The position numbers and the translations under genes are program-made. From Ostreococcus lucimarinus (Eukaryota), in assembly GCA_000092065.1 (NCBI GenBank), contig CP000591.1: DNA of 64,000 nt, one strand, 5' to 3'. The stretch's first letter is position 1; each line of letters starts with the position of its first letter. The notes beneath the pieces were generated by a model. The model saw only the letters and a list, made by a program, of their open reading frames with translations, had not been told where the DNA came from and ran no database searches. Of this stretch, positions 9,001-16,600 are shown piece after piece.

Positions 9001-10632
9001 GAATCGCAGATTGCGTCTCTGAACGCCGCGCACCGCGAGTTGGATCAGCGCCTGCGAGACGAGCTCGACGCGGCGCTCAAAGCGAAGGCAAGTCTTGAGA
9101 AGGAGCTCAGCGACCGCGCGGAATCCACCGCTGCTACCGAAATAGCGAAGCGCAACGCCGAAGCACTGAGCGAAAGCTTGCAATCGCAGCTTGATGCTTC
9201 TCGCGCTGAAGAGGCGAAGCTCCGTGATGAGCTCAATCATTTTCAGGAGCTTGCACGAGAGGAGATTTCAGCACTCCATAATGAAATTACCGAAATAAAA
9301 TTCACGTCGCAAGAAAGTCAAGCGTCGCTTGGAGAATCACCGTGGCCGAGTATCACAATTTCCACCCTTGCGGGTCTTAACGAGATGATGTCTCGGGGAT
9401 CTGAATTCGGGAGTGAAGGCTTAGATTGGCTTGAGCACGCCGCACACGAAGTACAAGCGCTTGAAAAGTCCGTGTTGGATGCGACGGCTGAGCTCGAGTT
9501 ACGAGAGAATGAATATGAACAAACTATTGCACAGTTGCAAGATAGTGTTCGTGACGCGGAAACTGACCTCAACTCGCAGAAGAGTCTGGCTAGCGCAGCT
9601 TTGAGCGACGTCGAGCATCTGAATGATAAATTGGCCGAACGCGATGAGGAGCTGGCATCACTCCGGCTCGAACTCGCGAACTTGGTTTCAGATGACGTCA
9701 CACGCGAGCTTGAATTAACGATCAGTAATTTGAGGATACAGCTGACCGCAAAAGATAACGAGTTGAATGGAGCTGTCGCGTCGTTGAATGATTTGGAAAA
9801 CGACAAGAGAGCTATAGAAGAAGCAATGTCCGAACTACAAGCTGCAGCTGACATGCAAGCAGCTCGAGTGCAAACATCGATTGAGCAAATATCAAGTTTG
9901 AATGTTGAGCTGGCCAAGCGCTCTGCAGCTCTTGATGCTAGTTGGGATAATCTTTCTCACGCTGAATCACGCGCACGTTTTGCCGAGCAAGAGCGAGACG
10001 ACGTTCGCCGGCTTTTTGAGGAGCGACTTGCTGTGAAAGAGCGAGCACTACGCGAGACACAAGGAGATGTTGAACATCTTCGTCAGACGGTGCGTAATCT
10101 TCAGGATAAATTGAAAGCACATAGATATGCACGTTCTGAGACCGAAGCTGGTCATCCAGAAGAAGACGGGTCATCGGAGTCTGCATCGGCGTTCGAAGCC
10201 ATGAGACGCGACATGACTCGTCTCGAGTCGGAGCTTGCCGCCGCTCTCGCGGAGCTTGCGGAGCTCGAATCGCCTCGCGAGTCAGAGTCCTCAGATACTG
10301 AAGCTATTCGCGAGTTCACCACTGCGCTCGATTCTGCGCAGTCTGAGATTGAGCGCCTCACTCGCGAGCTCGAGGATGTTGAGCAGAGCAAGCAAGTGGC
10401 CATGAAGGAGTCATTTGAGCGCAACGAATCGCAGATTGCGTCTCTGAACGCCGCGCACCGCGAGTTGGATCAGCGCCTGCGAGACGAGCTCGACGCGGCG
10501 CTCAAAGCGAAGGCAAGTCTTGAGAAGGAGCTCAGCGACCGCGCGGAATCCACCGCTGCTACCGAAACAGCGAAGCGCAACGCCGAAGCACTGAGCGAAA
10601 GCTTGCAATCGCAGCTTGATGGAAAAACTTGA
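1..10632 (+). CDS. Giant coiled-coil repeat protein, 5' portion. The frame-1 ORF is open from the window edge, so the gene is truncated at its 5' end. It carries N-terminal hydrophobic segments and long heptad-rich repeats, and ends at a 1-nt frame break that probably joins it to the 10619..17740 ORF.
   Basis: There is no stop in frame 1 from nt 1. The start at 25 in the ORF track is a GTG, so the ORF continues upstream. Translation is E/L/R/A/S/Q-rich with heptad periodicity, as expected for coiled coil. It contains the 258-bp and about 783-bp in-frame tandem repeat arrays. The same repeat units continue in frame in the downstream ORF. Confidence 0.8.
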   Translation, partial: AAAIGSSSVIFGTALALKVIPRPMMQVLAILLASTVAPLLGVYVEELRLHRTSTRRTRLMILSDCSLYGSWDAVAGTVAWACAFNQSADAFGPALAQSSFVAFIVAAACRWMRAMYVLYVIDHWIIQTVAAMSQEFTETVSRATVVVMEEVSRAPIVVKETVSRVSVAIAETVTQTPDVVSHNDESPQPVAEPKMHERSDNNEAAVASVKMRVAREPQPVVMESAPSSDAAPVAGESVSVTQQPDERRIEYAPPYTAVIREQDPRPEPPRVVYAPAFVVVEEASTSSSTESDVTQPLESKRRRRQRKRQYRRRESLAKNTIDMSEIVSKEVNIALNMGVSIEAELQRMLDRRQSTLNDMKNQQANPISIAQVEADIAALRAELRRATTSREQFQRAQTSYESDLEMWMESIRAAAAVSRLDYAIDSLKNASVADDPQVKELIDQRAVWGLRLVSSQIFTIVELQDSLDSGEARSSARIAELRGAIESLELKLTRLQEEKTQSVDNRILLEDRLQKLNLEIDSVRERERVAQEDWQRERLRLEVELEASVKELQTATRTVDDALKAKLELLAKLQTAQDQSDTDAEAIRRLEHETETLQTKLKSLTEQLSVANASVEQINSRRFDLESQLRAKATELDLANANRADTSLVEELRRQVKNLSTEICWLRDQKSREGSEAEAVLQKQLAEARTQLEIQRNELEIEAKAEISELKRSMDVIREEMERLTSEMSEKTEKSLEYQRIVQERQKEIESLTKNKELAARAIDESKKNLAQAQEALETKQKALDDRVSQVASLSLDLAASEEKTLTLERELSASCQRSQELEELISSLRSYSESRDALLADIDLLLGNENDEREAMLRGSKNASDLVERIQKRLRREVVLEKKLDQAQLLEQVGLTVEELKTREAASLWWKDLVQIGSKALETIQSTAVDLSKGTVTASLLERSISLRAKELQNITSEPQYQRLQKSFNDLKRLSEAAERKLQEKERKIKSLKADSKESAAELKALTSELASVKEDLKYIRDIAKEERDEQIQRIESLMLEVDSFENAKFDGEEAVRFRNEAAKLRGMKIRLEAELKLSQDLAETASSELARAREEHDVVITQLSEEIAALELDITVKSEAIEKLESKTNNIEVKLGSDLESALAKLNTTLEELDKKSTDFASLESASVEQKRNFEKHVDELEKRLGASEAEVQRLIQDRDLAIEAKDNEMVSKILSQSAIVSDLESERDALRSQLADLSSARDSELASVRADLESQLREREEDIERVRSELDESKAALESERDALQSELERVLSQVPEVDASQSAIVSDLESERDALRSQLADLSSARDSELASVRADLESQLREREEDIERVRSELDESKAALESERDALQSELERVLSQVPEVDASQSAAVSDLESERDALRSQLADLSSARDSELASVRADLESQLREREEDIERVRSELDESKAALESERDALQSELERVLSQVPEVDASQSAIVSDLESERDALRSQLADLSSARDSELASVRADLESQLREREEDIERVRSELDESKAALESERDALQSELERVLSQVPEVDASQSAAVSDLESERDALRSQLADLSSARDSELASVRADLESQLREREEDIERVRSELDESKAALESERDALQSELERVLSQVPEVDASQSAIVSDLESERDALRSQLADLSSARDSELASVRADLESQLREREEDIERVRSELDESKAALESERDALQSELERVLSQVPEVDASQSAAVSDLESERDALRSQLADLSSARDSELASVRADLESQLREREEDIERVRSELDESKAALESERDALQSELERVLSQVPEVDASQSAAVSDLESERDALRSQLADLSSARDSELASVRADLESQLREREEDIERVRSELDESKAALESERDALQSELERVLSQVPEVDASQSAAVSDLESERDALRSQLADLSSARDSELASVRADLESQLREREEDIERVRSELDESKAALESERDALQSELERVLSQVPEVDASQSAAMSDLESERDALRSQLSELRQMSSESIAGLQQQLVAFSAEADSAASLRKTVKELKATIRQRENLLSETVFDPMLNDDLDRMNDELASKSAELDSARTKLQSTLNKLKEREEQAESSQAVASAVIDEIRAELLNANEKLAARESYANAVELALRSELTEREKEIALLRVKVAKILDDSTNKQTSLTTALDSAQSEIERLTRELEDVEQSKQVAMKESFERNESQIASLNAAHRELDQRLRDELDAALKAKASLEKELSDRAESTAATETAKRNAEALSESLQSQLDALSTQRAELEQRLVKREEELVAELDAAKHEATAQAARFAQLGEAASDHAHDEVDKLKSEVERLEFELGAVKNELTSATSTAKADIARLTDELASASAARDAVAETAHPEEDGSSESASAFEAMRRDMTRLESELAAALAELAELESPRESESSDTEAIREFTTALDSAQSEIERLTRELEDVEQSKQVAMKESFERNESQIASLNAAHRELDQRLRDELDAALKAKASLEERSDRAESTAATETAKRNAEALSESLQSQLDALSTQRAELEQRLVKREEELVAELDAAKHEATAQAARFAQLGEAASDHAHDEVDKLKSEVERLEFELGAVKNELTSATSTAKADIARLTDELASASAARDAVAETAHPEEDGSSESASAFEAMRRDMTRLESELAAALAELAELESPRESESSDTEAIREFTTALDSAQSEIERLTRELEDVEQSKQVAMKESFERNESQIASLNAAHRELDQRLRDELDAALKAKASLEKERSDRAESTAATETAKRNAEALSESLQSQLDALSTQRAELEQRLVKREEELVAELDAAKHEATAQAARFAQLGEAASDHAHDEVDKLKSEVERLEFELGAVKNELTSATSTAKADIARLTDELASASAARDAVAETAHPEEDGSSESASAFEAMRRDMTRLESELAAALAELAELESPRESESSDTEAIREFTTALDSAQSEIERLTRELEDVEQSKQVAMKESFERNESQIASLNAAHRELDQRLRDELDAALKAKASLEKELSDRAESTAATEIAKRNAEALSESLQSQLDASRAEEAKLRDELNHFQELAREEISALHNEITEIKFTSQESQASLGESPWPSITISTLAGLNEMMSRGSEFGSEGLDWLEHAAHEVQALEKSVLDATAELELRENEYEQTIAQLQDSVRDAETDLNSQKSLASAALSDVEHLNDKLAERDEELASLRLELANLVSDDVTRELELTISNLRIQLTAKDNELNGAVASLNDLENDKRAIEEAMSELQAAADMQAARVQTSIEQISSLNVELAKRSAALDASWDNLSHAESRARFAEQERDDVRRLFEERLAVKERALRETQGDVEHLRQTVRNLQDKLKAHRYARSETEAGHPEEDGSSESASAFEAMRRDMTRLESELAAALAELAELESPRESESSDTEAIREFTTALDSAQSEIERLTRELEDVEQSKQVAMKESFERNESQIASLNAAHRELDQRLRDELDAALKAKASLEKELSDRAESTAATETAKRNAEALSESLQSQLDGKT
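408..545 (+). repeat. Imperfect 33-39 bp coding mini-repeats encoding E(T/E)VSRA.(V/I)VV, about 4 units
   Basis: Direct reading shows acagagacggtgtcgcgagcgaccgttgtcgtt / gaagtttcgcgagcgccgatcgtcgtt / acagtttcgcgagtttctgtcgcgatt. Translation shows ETVSRATVVV / EEVSRAPIVV / ETVSRVSVAI. Confidence 0.5.
3652..6033 (+). repeat. Tandem array of about 9.2 copies of a 258-bp (86-aa) in-frame coding repeat, here called repeat A. Copies are more than 99% identical.
   Basis: The period of 258 nt was read directly; for example tccgct(a/g)(t/c)cgtgtccgatctcgagtctgagcgcgacgcgctgcg recurs at 3659, 3917, 4175, 4433 and so on. Each unit encodes SQSA(I/A)VSDLESERDALRSQLADLSSARDSELASVRADLESQLREREEDIERVRSELDESKAALESERDALQSELERVLSQVPEVDA. 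Copies differ only by an atc/gcc (I/A) codon, and the last copy has A->M. Confidence 0.9.
6538..9190 (+). repeat. Tandem array of about 3.4 copies of a 783-786 bp (261/262-aa) in-frame coding repeat, here called repeat B
   Basis: Unit starts (accactgcgctcgattctgcgcagtctgagattgagcgc) lie at about 6538, 7324, 8107 and 8893. Copies are near-identical apart from an in-frame 3-nt indel (KELSDR versus EERSDR/KERSDR) and T/I substitutions. The array ends where the sequence diverges after cagcttgatgc at about 9190. Confidence 0.85.
10150..10619 (+). repeat. Partial copy of repeat B (about 470 bp, the 3' 60% of a unit), separated from the main B array by about 960 bp of unique coding sequence
   Basis: catccagaagaagacgggtcatcggagtc ... 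gcttgcaatcgcagcttgatg is nearly identical to 7157-7626, 7940-8409 and 8723-9192. Confidence 0.8.
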
Positions 10633-13600
10633 GTCATTGCGCCGTGAGCACGAAACAAAACTGAACGACATGCGTGAGTCTGCAACACAACAACGCGCGG
10701 ATCTTGAGTCCCAGCTTCGCGAGCGCGAGGAGGACATCGAGCGCGTGCGTTCTGAGCTCGACGAGTCCAAGGCGGCACTTGAGTCTGAGCGCGACGCGCT
10801 GCAGTCGGAGCTCGAGCGCGTGCTTTCTCAGGTGTCTGAGTCTGAGTCTCTGCAGTCCGCTGCCGTGTCCGATCTCGAGTCTGAGCGCGACGCGCTGCGT
10901 TCGCAGCTCGCCGACCTTTCGTCCGCTCGCGACTCTGAGTTGGCGTCTGTGCGCGCGGATCTTGAGTCCCAGCTTCGCGAGCGCGAGGAGGACATCGAGC
11001 GCGTGCGTTCTGAGCTCGACGAGTCCAAGGCGGCACTTGAGTCTGAGCGCGACGCGCTGCAGTCGGAGCTCGAGCGCGTGCTTTCTCAGGTGTCTGAGTC
11101 TGAGTCTCTGCAGTCCGCTGCCGTGTCCGATCTCGAGTCTGAGCGCGACGCGCTGCGTTCGCAGCTCGCCGACCTTTCGTCCGCTCGCGACTCTGAGTTG
11201 GCGTCTGTGCGCGCGGATCTTGAGTCCCAGCTTCGCGAGCGCGAGGAGGACATCGAGCGCGTGCGTTCTGAGCTCGACGAGTCCAAGGCGGCACTTGAGT
11301 CTGAGCGCGACGCGCTGCAGTCGGAGCTCGAGCGCGTGCTTTCTCAGGTGTCTGAGTCTGAGTCTCTGCAGTCCGCTGCCGTGTCCGATCTCGAGTCTGA
11401 GCGCGACGCGCTGCGTTCGCAGCTCGCCGACCTTTCGTCCGCTCGCGACTCTGAGTTGGCGTCTGTGCGCGCGGATCTTGAGTCCCAGCTTCGCGAGCGC
11501 GAGGAGGACATCGAGCGCGTGCGTTCTGAGCTCGACGAGTCCAAGGCGGCACTTGAGTCTGAGCGCGACGCGCTGCAGTCGGAGCTCGAGCGCGTGCTTT
11601 CTCAGGTGTCTGAGTCTGAGTCTCTGCAGTCCGCTGCCGTGTCCGATCTCGAGTCTGAGCGCGACGCGCTGCGTTCGCAGCTCGCCGACCTTTCGTCCGC
11701 TCGCGACTCTGAGTTGGCGTCTGTGCGCGCGGATCTTGAGTCCCAGCTTCGCGAGCGCGAGGACGACATCGAGCGCGTGCGTTCTGAGCTCGACGAGTCC
11801 AAGGCGGCACTTGAGTCTGAGCGCGACGCGCTGCAGTCGGAGCTCGAGCGCGTGCTTTCTCAGGTGCCCGAGGTTGACGCGTCGCAGTCCGCTGCCGTGT
11901 CCGATCTCGAGTCTGAGCGCGACGCGCTGCGTTCGCAGCTCGCCGACCTTTCGTCCGCTCGCGACTCTGAGTTGGCGTCTGTGCGCGCGGATCTTGAGTC
12001 CCAGCTTCGCGAGCGCGAGGAGGACATCGAGCGCGTGCGTTCTGAGCTCGACGAGTCCAAGGCGGCACTTGAGTCTGAGCGCGACGCGCTGCAGTCGGAG
12101 CTCGAGCGCGTGCTTTCTCAGGTGCCCGAGGTTGACGCGTCGCAGTCCGCTGCCGTGTCCGATCTCGAGTCTGAGCGCGACGCGCTGCGTTCGCAGCTCG
12201 CCGACCTTTCGTCCGCTCGCGACTCTGAGTTGGCGTCTGTGCGCGCGGATCTTGAGTCCCAGCTTCGCGAGCGCGAGGAGGACATCGAGCGCGTGCGTTC
12301 TGAGCTCGACGAGTCCAAGGCGGCACTTGAGTCTGAGCGCGACGCGCTGCAGTCGGAGCTCGAGCGCGTGCTTTCTCAGGTGCCCGAGGTTGACGCGTCG
12401 CAGTCCGCTGCCGTGTCCGATCTCGAGTCTGAGCGCGACGCGCTGCGTTCGCAGCTCGCCGACCTTTCGTCCGCTCGCGACTCTGAGTTGGCGTCTGTGC
12501 GCGCGGATCTTGAGTCCCAGCTTCGCGAGCGCGAGGAGGACATCGAGCGCGTGCGTTCTGAGCTCGACGAGTCCAAGGCGGCACTTGAGTCTGAGCGCGA
12601 CGCGCTGCAGTCGGAGCTCGAGCGCGTGCTTTCTCAGGTGCCCGAGGTTGACGCGTCGCAGTCCGCTGCCGTGTCCGATCTCGAGTCTGAGCGCGACGCG
12701 CTGCGTTCGCAGCTCGCCGACCTTTCGTCCGCTCGCGACTCTGAGTTGGCGTCTGTGCGCGCGGATCTTGAGTCCCAGCTTCGCGAGCGCGAGGAGGACA
12801 TCGAGCGCGTGCGTTCTGAGCTCGACGAGTCCAAGGCGGCACTTGAGTCTGAGCGCGACGCGCTGCAGTCGGAGCTCGAGCGCGTGCTGGGAGAGTTGAG
12901 TCAGTCGACTTCGGCGCTTCGGCGCGTTGAGGAGGATCTCAATGCCGCTTTAAGCGACCGCGATGAGTTCGAAGAAGAGAGTGATCGTTTGCGTCGGCGT
13001 CTACCACGACTTGAACGAGAGCATAACGAGTTGGAGGATGCAATGCGCTTGGAAATGGACGAATTGGCTTCAAAGCTTGCAGCGATGTCAAAAGCGCGCG
13101 ATGATCTCGAGAAGGACATGATTGAGCAGAGTGATGGTCTGTACAAGGCACTTGGCAGTAGCCGCGAGGATCTGCAGCGAGAACTAAACGAGGGCAAGAA
13201 GTTACTTGCTCAACGTGAGGCCGAGCTAAAGCGTTTAACTGCCGATTTTTCGTTGAAAGAGCACGCAATTGAGTCTGAGCGAGAAGCACTTGCGACCGAA
13301 TTGGATCGACTGATACACAAGGTGCCAGCCTTGGAGTTGACTACGGCTGAACTAGAGGCTGAACGCGCGGAGTTGCGCGAAAAGCTTGATGATTTGATAG
13401 CAAATCGTGATCAGCTGGCGGCCAATCTGCGAACCGAGAACGATTCGATGTCAGCAGAACTGTCCATGACTCGAGAAGCTCTTGATGAACAATTCAATGC
13501 CGTTACAACACAGCTCCTTGAAACCGATGAGATCATCGACAAGATGCGCAAGGATAACGAAGCTGCAAAGGAAGCAGCAGAGAACGACCGCTTAGCGCTA

Positions 13601-16600
13601 CAAGGTGAGCTTGAGCGCGTGGTGTCGGAATCAAATAAGCTGCGGGCAGCTCAAGCCACGGCCGAGTCTCTTCTACGCGCAGAGCGTGATGATCTCGAAG
13701 ACAAGGTCGAAAAACTTGAGTCATTGCGCCGTGAGCACGAAACAAAACTGAACGACATGCGTGAGTCTGCAACACAACAACGCGCGGATCTTGAGTCCCA
13801 GCTTCGCGAGCGCGAGGAGGACATCGAGCGCGTGCGTTCTGAGCTCGACGAGTCCAAGGCGGCACTTGAGTCTGAGCGCGACGCGCTGCAGTCGGAGCTC
13901 GAGCGCGTGCTTTCTCAGGTGTCTGAGTCTGAGTCTCTGCAGTCCGCTGCCGTGTCCGATCTCGAGTCTGAGCGCGACGCGCTGCGTTCGCAGCTCGCCG
14001 ACCTTTCGTCCGCTCGCGACTCTGAGTTGGCGTCTGTGCGCGCGGATCTTGAGTCCCAGCTTCGCGAGCGCGAGGAGGACATCGAGCGCGTGCGTTCTGA
14101 GCTCGACGAGTCCAAGGCGGCACTTGAGTCTGAGCGCGACGCGCTGCAGTCGGAGCTCGAGCGCGTGCTTTCTCAGGTGCCCGAGGTTGACGCGTCGCAG
14201 TCCGCTGCCGTGTCCGATCTCGAGTCTGAGCGCGACGCGCTGCGTTCGCAGCTCGCCGACCTTTCGTCCGCTCGCGACTCTGAGTTGGCGTCTGTGCGCG
14301 CGGATCTTGAGTCCCAGCTTCGCGAGCGCGAGGAGGACATCGAGCGCGTGCGTTCTGAGCTCGACGAGTCCAAGGCGGCACTTGAGTCTGAGCGCGACGC
14401 GCTGCAGTCGGAGCTCGAGCGCGTGCTGGGAGAGTTGAGTCAGTCGACTTCGGCGCTTCGGCGCGTTGAGGAGGATCTCAATGCCGCTTTAAGCGACCGC
14501 GATGAGTTCGAAGAAGAGAGTGATCGTTTGCGTCGGCGTCTACCACGACTTGAACGAGAGCATAACGAGTTGGAGGATGCAATGCGCTTGGAAATGGACG
14601 AATTGGCTTCAAAGCTTGCAGCGATGTCAAAAGCGCGCGATGATCTCGAGAAGGACATGATTGAGCAGAGTGATGGTCTGTACAAGGCACTTGGCAGTAG
14701 CCGCGAGGATCTGCAGCGAGAACTAAACGAGGGCAAGAAGTTACTTGCTCAACGTGAGGCCGAGCTAAAGCGTTTAACTGCCGATTTTTCGTTGAAAGAG
14801 CACGCACTTGAGTCTGAGCGAGAAGCACTTGCGACCGAATTGGATCGACTGATACACAAGGTGCCAGCCTTGGAGTTGACTGCGGCTGAACTAGAGGCTG
14901 AACGCGCGGAGTTGCGCGAAAAGCTTGATGATTTGATAGCAAATCGTGATCAGCTGGCGGCCAATCTGCGAACCGAGAACGATTCGATGTCAGCAGAACT
15001 GTCCATGACTCGAGAAGCTCTTGATGAACAATTCAATGCCGTTACAACACAGCTCCTTGAAACCGATGAGATCATCGACAAGATGCGCAAGGATAACGAA
15101 GCTGCAAAGGAAGCAGCAGAGAACGACCGCTTAGCGCTACAAGGTGAGCTTGAGCGCGTGGTGTCGGAATCAAATAAGCTGCGGGCAGCTCAAGCCACGG
15201 CCGAGTCTCTTCTACGCGCAGAGCGTGATGATCTCGAAGACAAGGTCGAAAAACTTGAGTCATTGCGCCGTGAGCACGAAACAAAACTGAACGACGTGCG
15301 TGAGTCTGCAACACAACAACGCGCGGATCTTGAGTCCCAGCTTCGCGAGCGCGAGGAGGACATCGAGCGCGTGCGTTCTGAGCTCGACGAGTCCAAGGCG
15401 GCACTTGAGTCTGAGCGCGACGCGCTGCAGTCGGAGCTCGAGCGCGTGCTTTCTCAGGTGTCTGAGTCTGAGTCTCTGCAGTCCGCTGCCGTGTCCGATC
15501 TCGAGTCTGAGCGCGACGCGCTGCGTTCGCAGCTCGCCGACCTTTCGTCCGCTCGCGACTCTGAGTTGGCGTCTGTGCGCGCGGATCTTGAGTCCCAGCT
15601 TCGCGAGCGCGAGGAGGACATCGAGCGCGTGCGTTCTGAGCTCGACGAGTCCAAGGCGGCACTTGAGTCTGAGCGCGACGCGCTGCAGTCGGAGCTCGAG
15701 CGCGTGCTTTCTCAGGTGTCTGAGTCTGAGTCTCTGCAGTCCGCTGCCGTGTCCGATCTCGAGTCTGAGCGCGACGCGCTGCGTTCGCAGCTCGCCGACC
15801 TTTCGTCCGCTCGCGACTCTGAGTTGGCGTCTGTGCGCGCGGATCTTGAGTCCCAGCTTCGCGAGCGCGAGGAGGACATCGAGCGCGTGCGTTCTGAGCT
15901 CGACGAGTCCAAGGCGGCACTTGAGTCTGAGCGCGACGCGCTGCAGTCGGAGCTCGAGCGCGTCATGGACGACGTTCTGAACGCAGAAGCGCTTGCGGAG
16001 CAAGCTGAGCTTATACGCTCGCAGATGCAGGCGGACATGGAGCAACTTGTTGAAGCGCGACAAAGTGTTGAGCAGCGTTTGCAGGATGTGGACAGTGCTC
16101 TTCAGATTTCTTTGAACAAGGTTGCCACGCTTGAGATTGAGCAAGAAAGATTGCGACTCGAACTCTCCGCTTCCGAGAAAGCCTTAGCCGAAAGTGAACG
16201 TGCTAGGTCAGAATCAGACGCAGAAATTCTGGCGCTTAGCGACGAGCTGTCGGACGCTTTGAATGCACGGTTACTTATTGAGCAACGACTTCGTGCGCGC
16301 GACGAGGAACTGGAGACCGCGCGCATCAAACAATCTGAATTAATTACGGAGAATTCAAAGCTCCGAGCTGAACTCATGGATGCCAAAGCAATGGCAGACG
16401 ATTACACTCGGCAGTTGTCTTCAGGGCTATTCGGCGATGAAAAGCGTGTCGAGGCTGGAATTCAACGATTTGACTCTTTCGAGGCGTCGGACACTGGTAT
16501 ATTTGCCACAGACGAAGCAGACGAAGCTTTCGTGACCGCCTGCAATATGGTGCAACGAATTGAAATCTTAGTTCGTCGACAAAAGCAAACGGGCGAAGAA

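Noticed and set aside
10470-12899. 790-aa minus-strand ORF and 741-aa plus alternative-frame ORF over repeat-A array 2. The same pattern recurs at 13533-14438 and 15072-15980.
   Set aside because: As above, these are repeat-periodicity artefacts. The same spurious peptides (MPPWTRRAQNARAR..., MSLQHNNARILSPS...) recur wherever the repeat recurs.
3652-15963. CRISPR-like regular repeats
   Set aside because: The units are contiguous with no spacers. They are 258-1539 bp long and sit in-frame within a coding sequence. No cas genes are present and the genomic context is eukaryotic.
12887-15963. Pair of 1539-bp direct repeats as possible LTRs or a mobile element
   Set aside because: The repeats are directly adjacent (tandem) and in-frame, continuous with the coiled-coil reading frame. 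There is no RT, integrase or transposase, no TSD and no TIR. This is tandem duplication within a gene.
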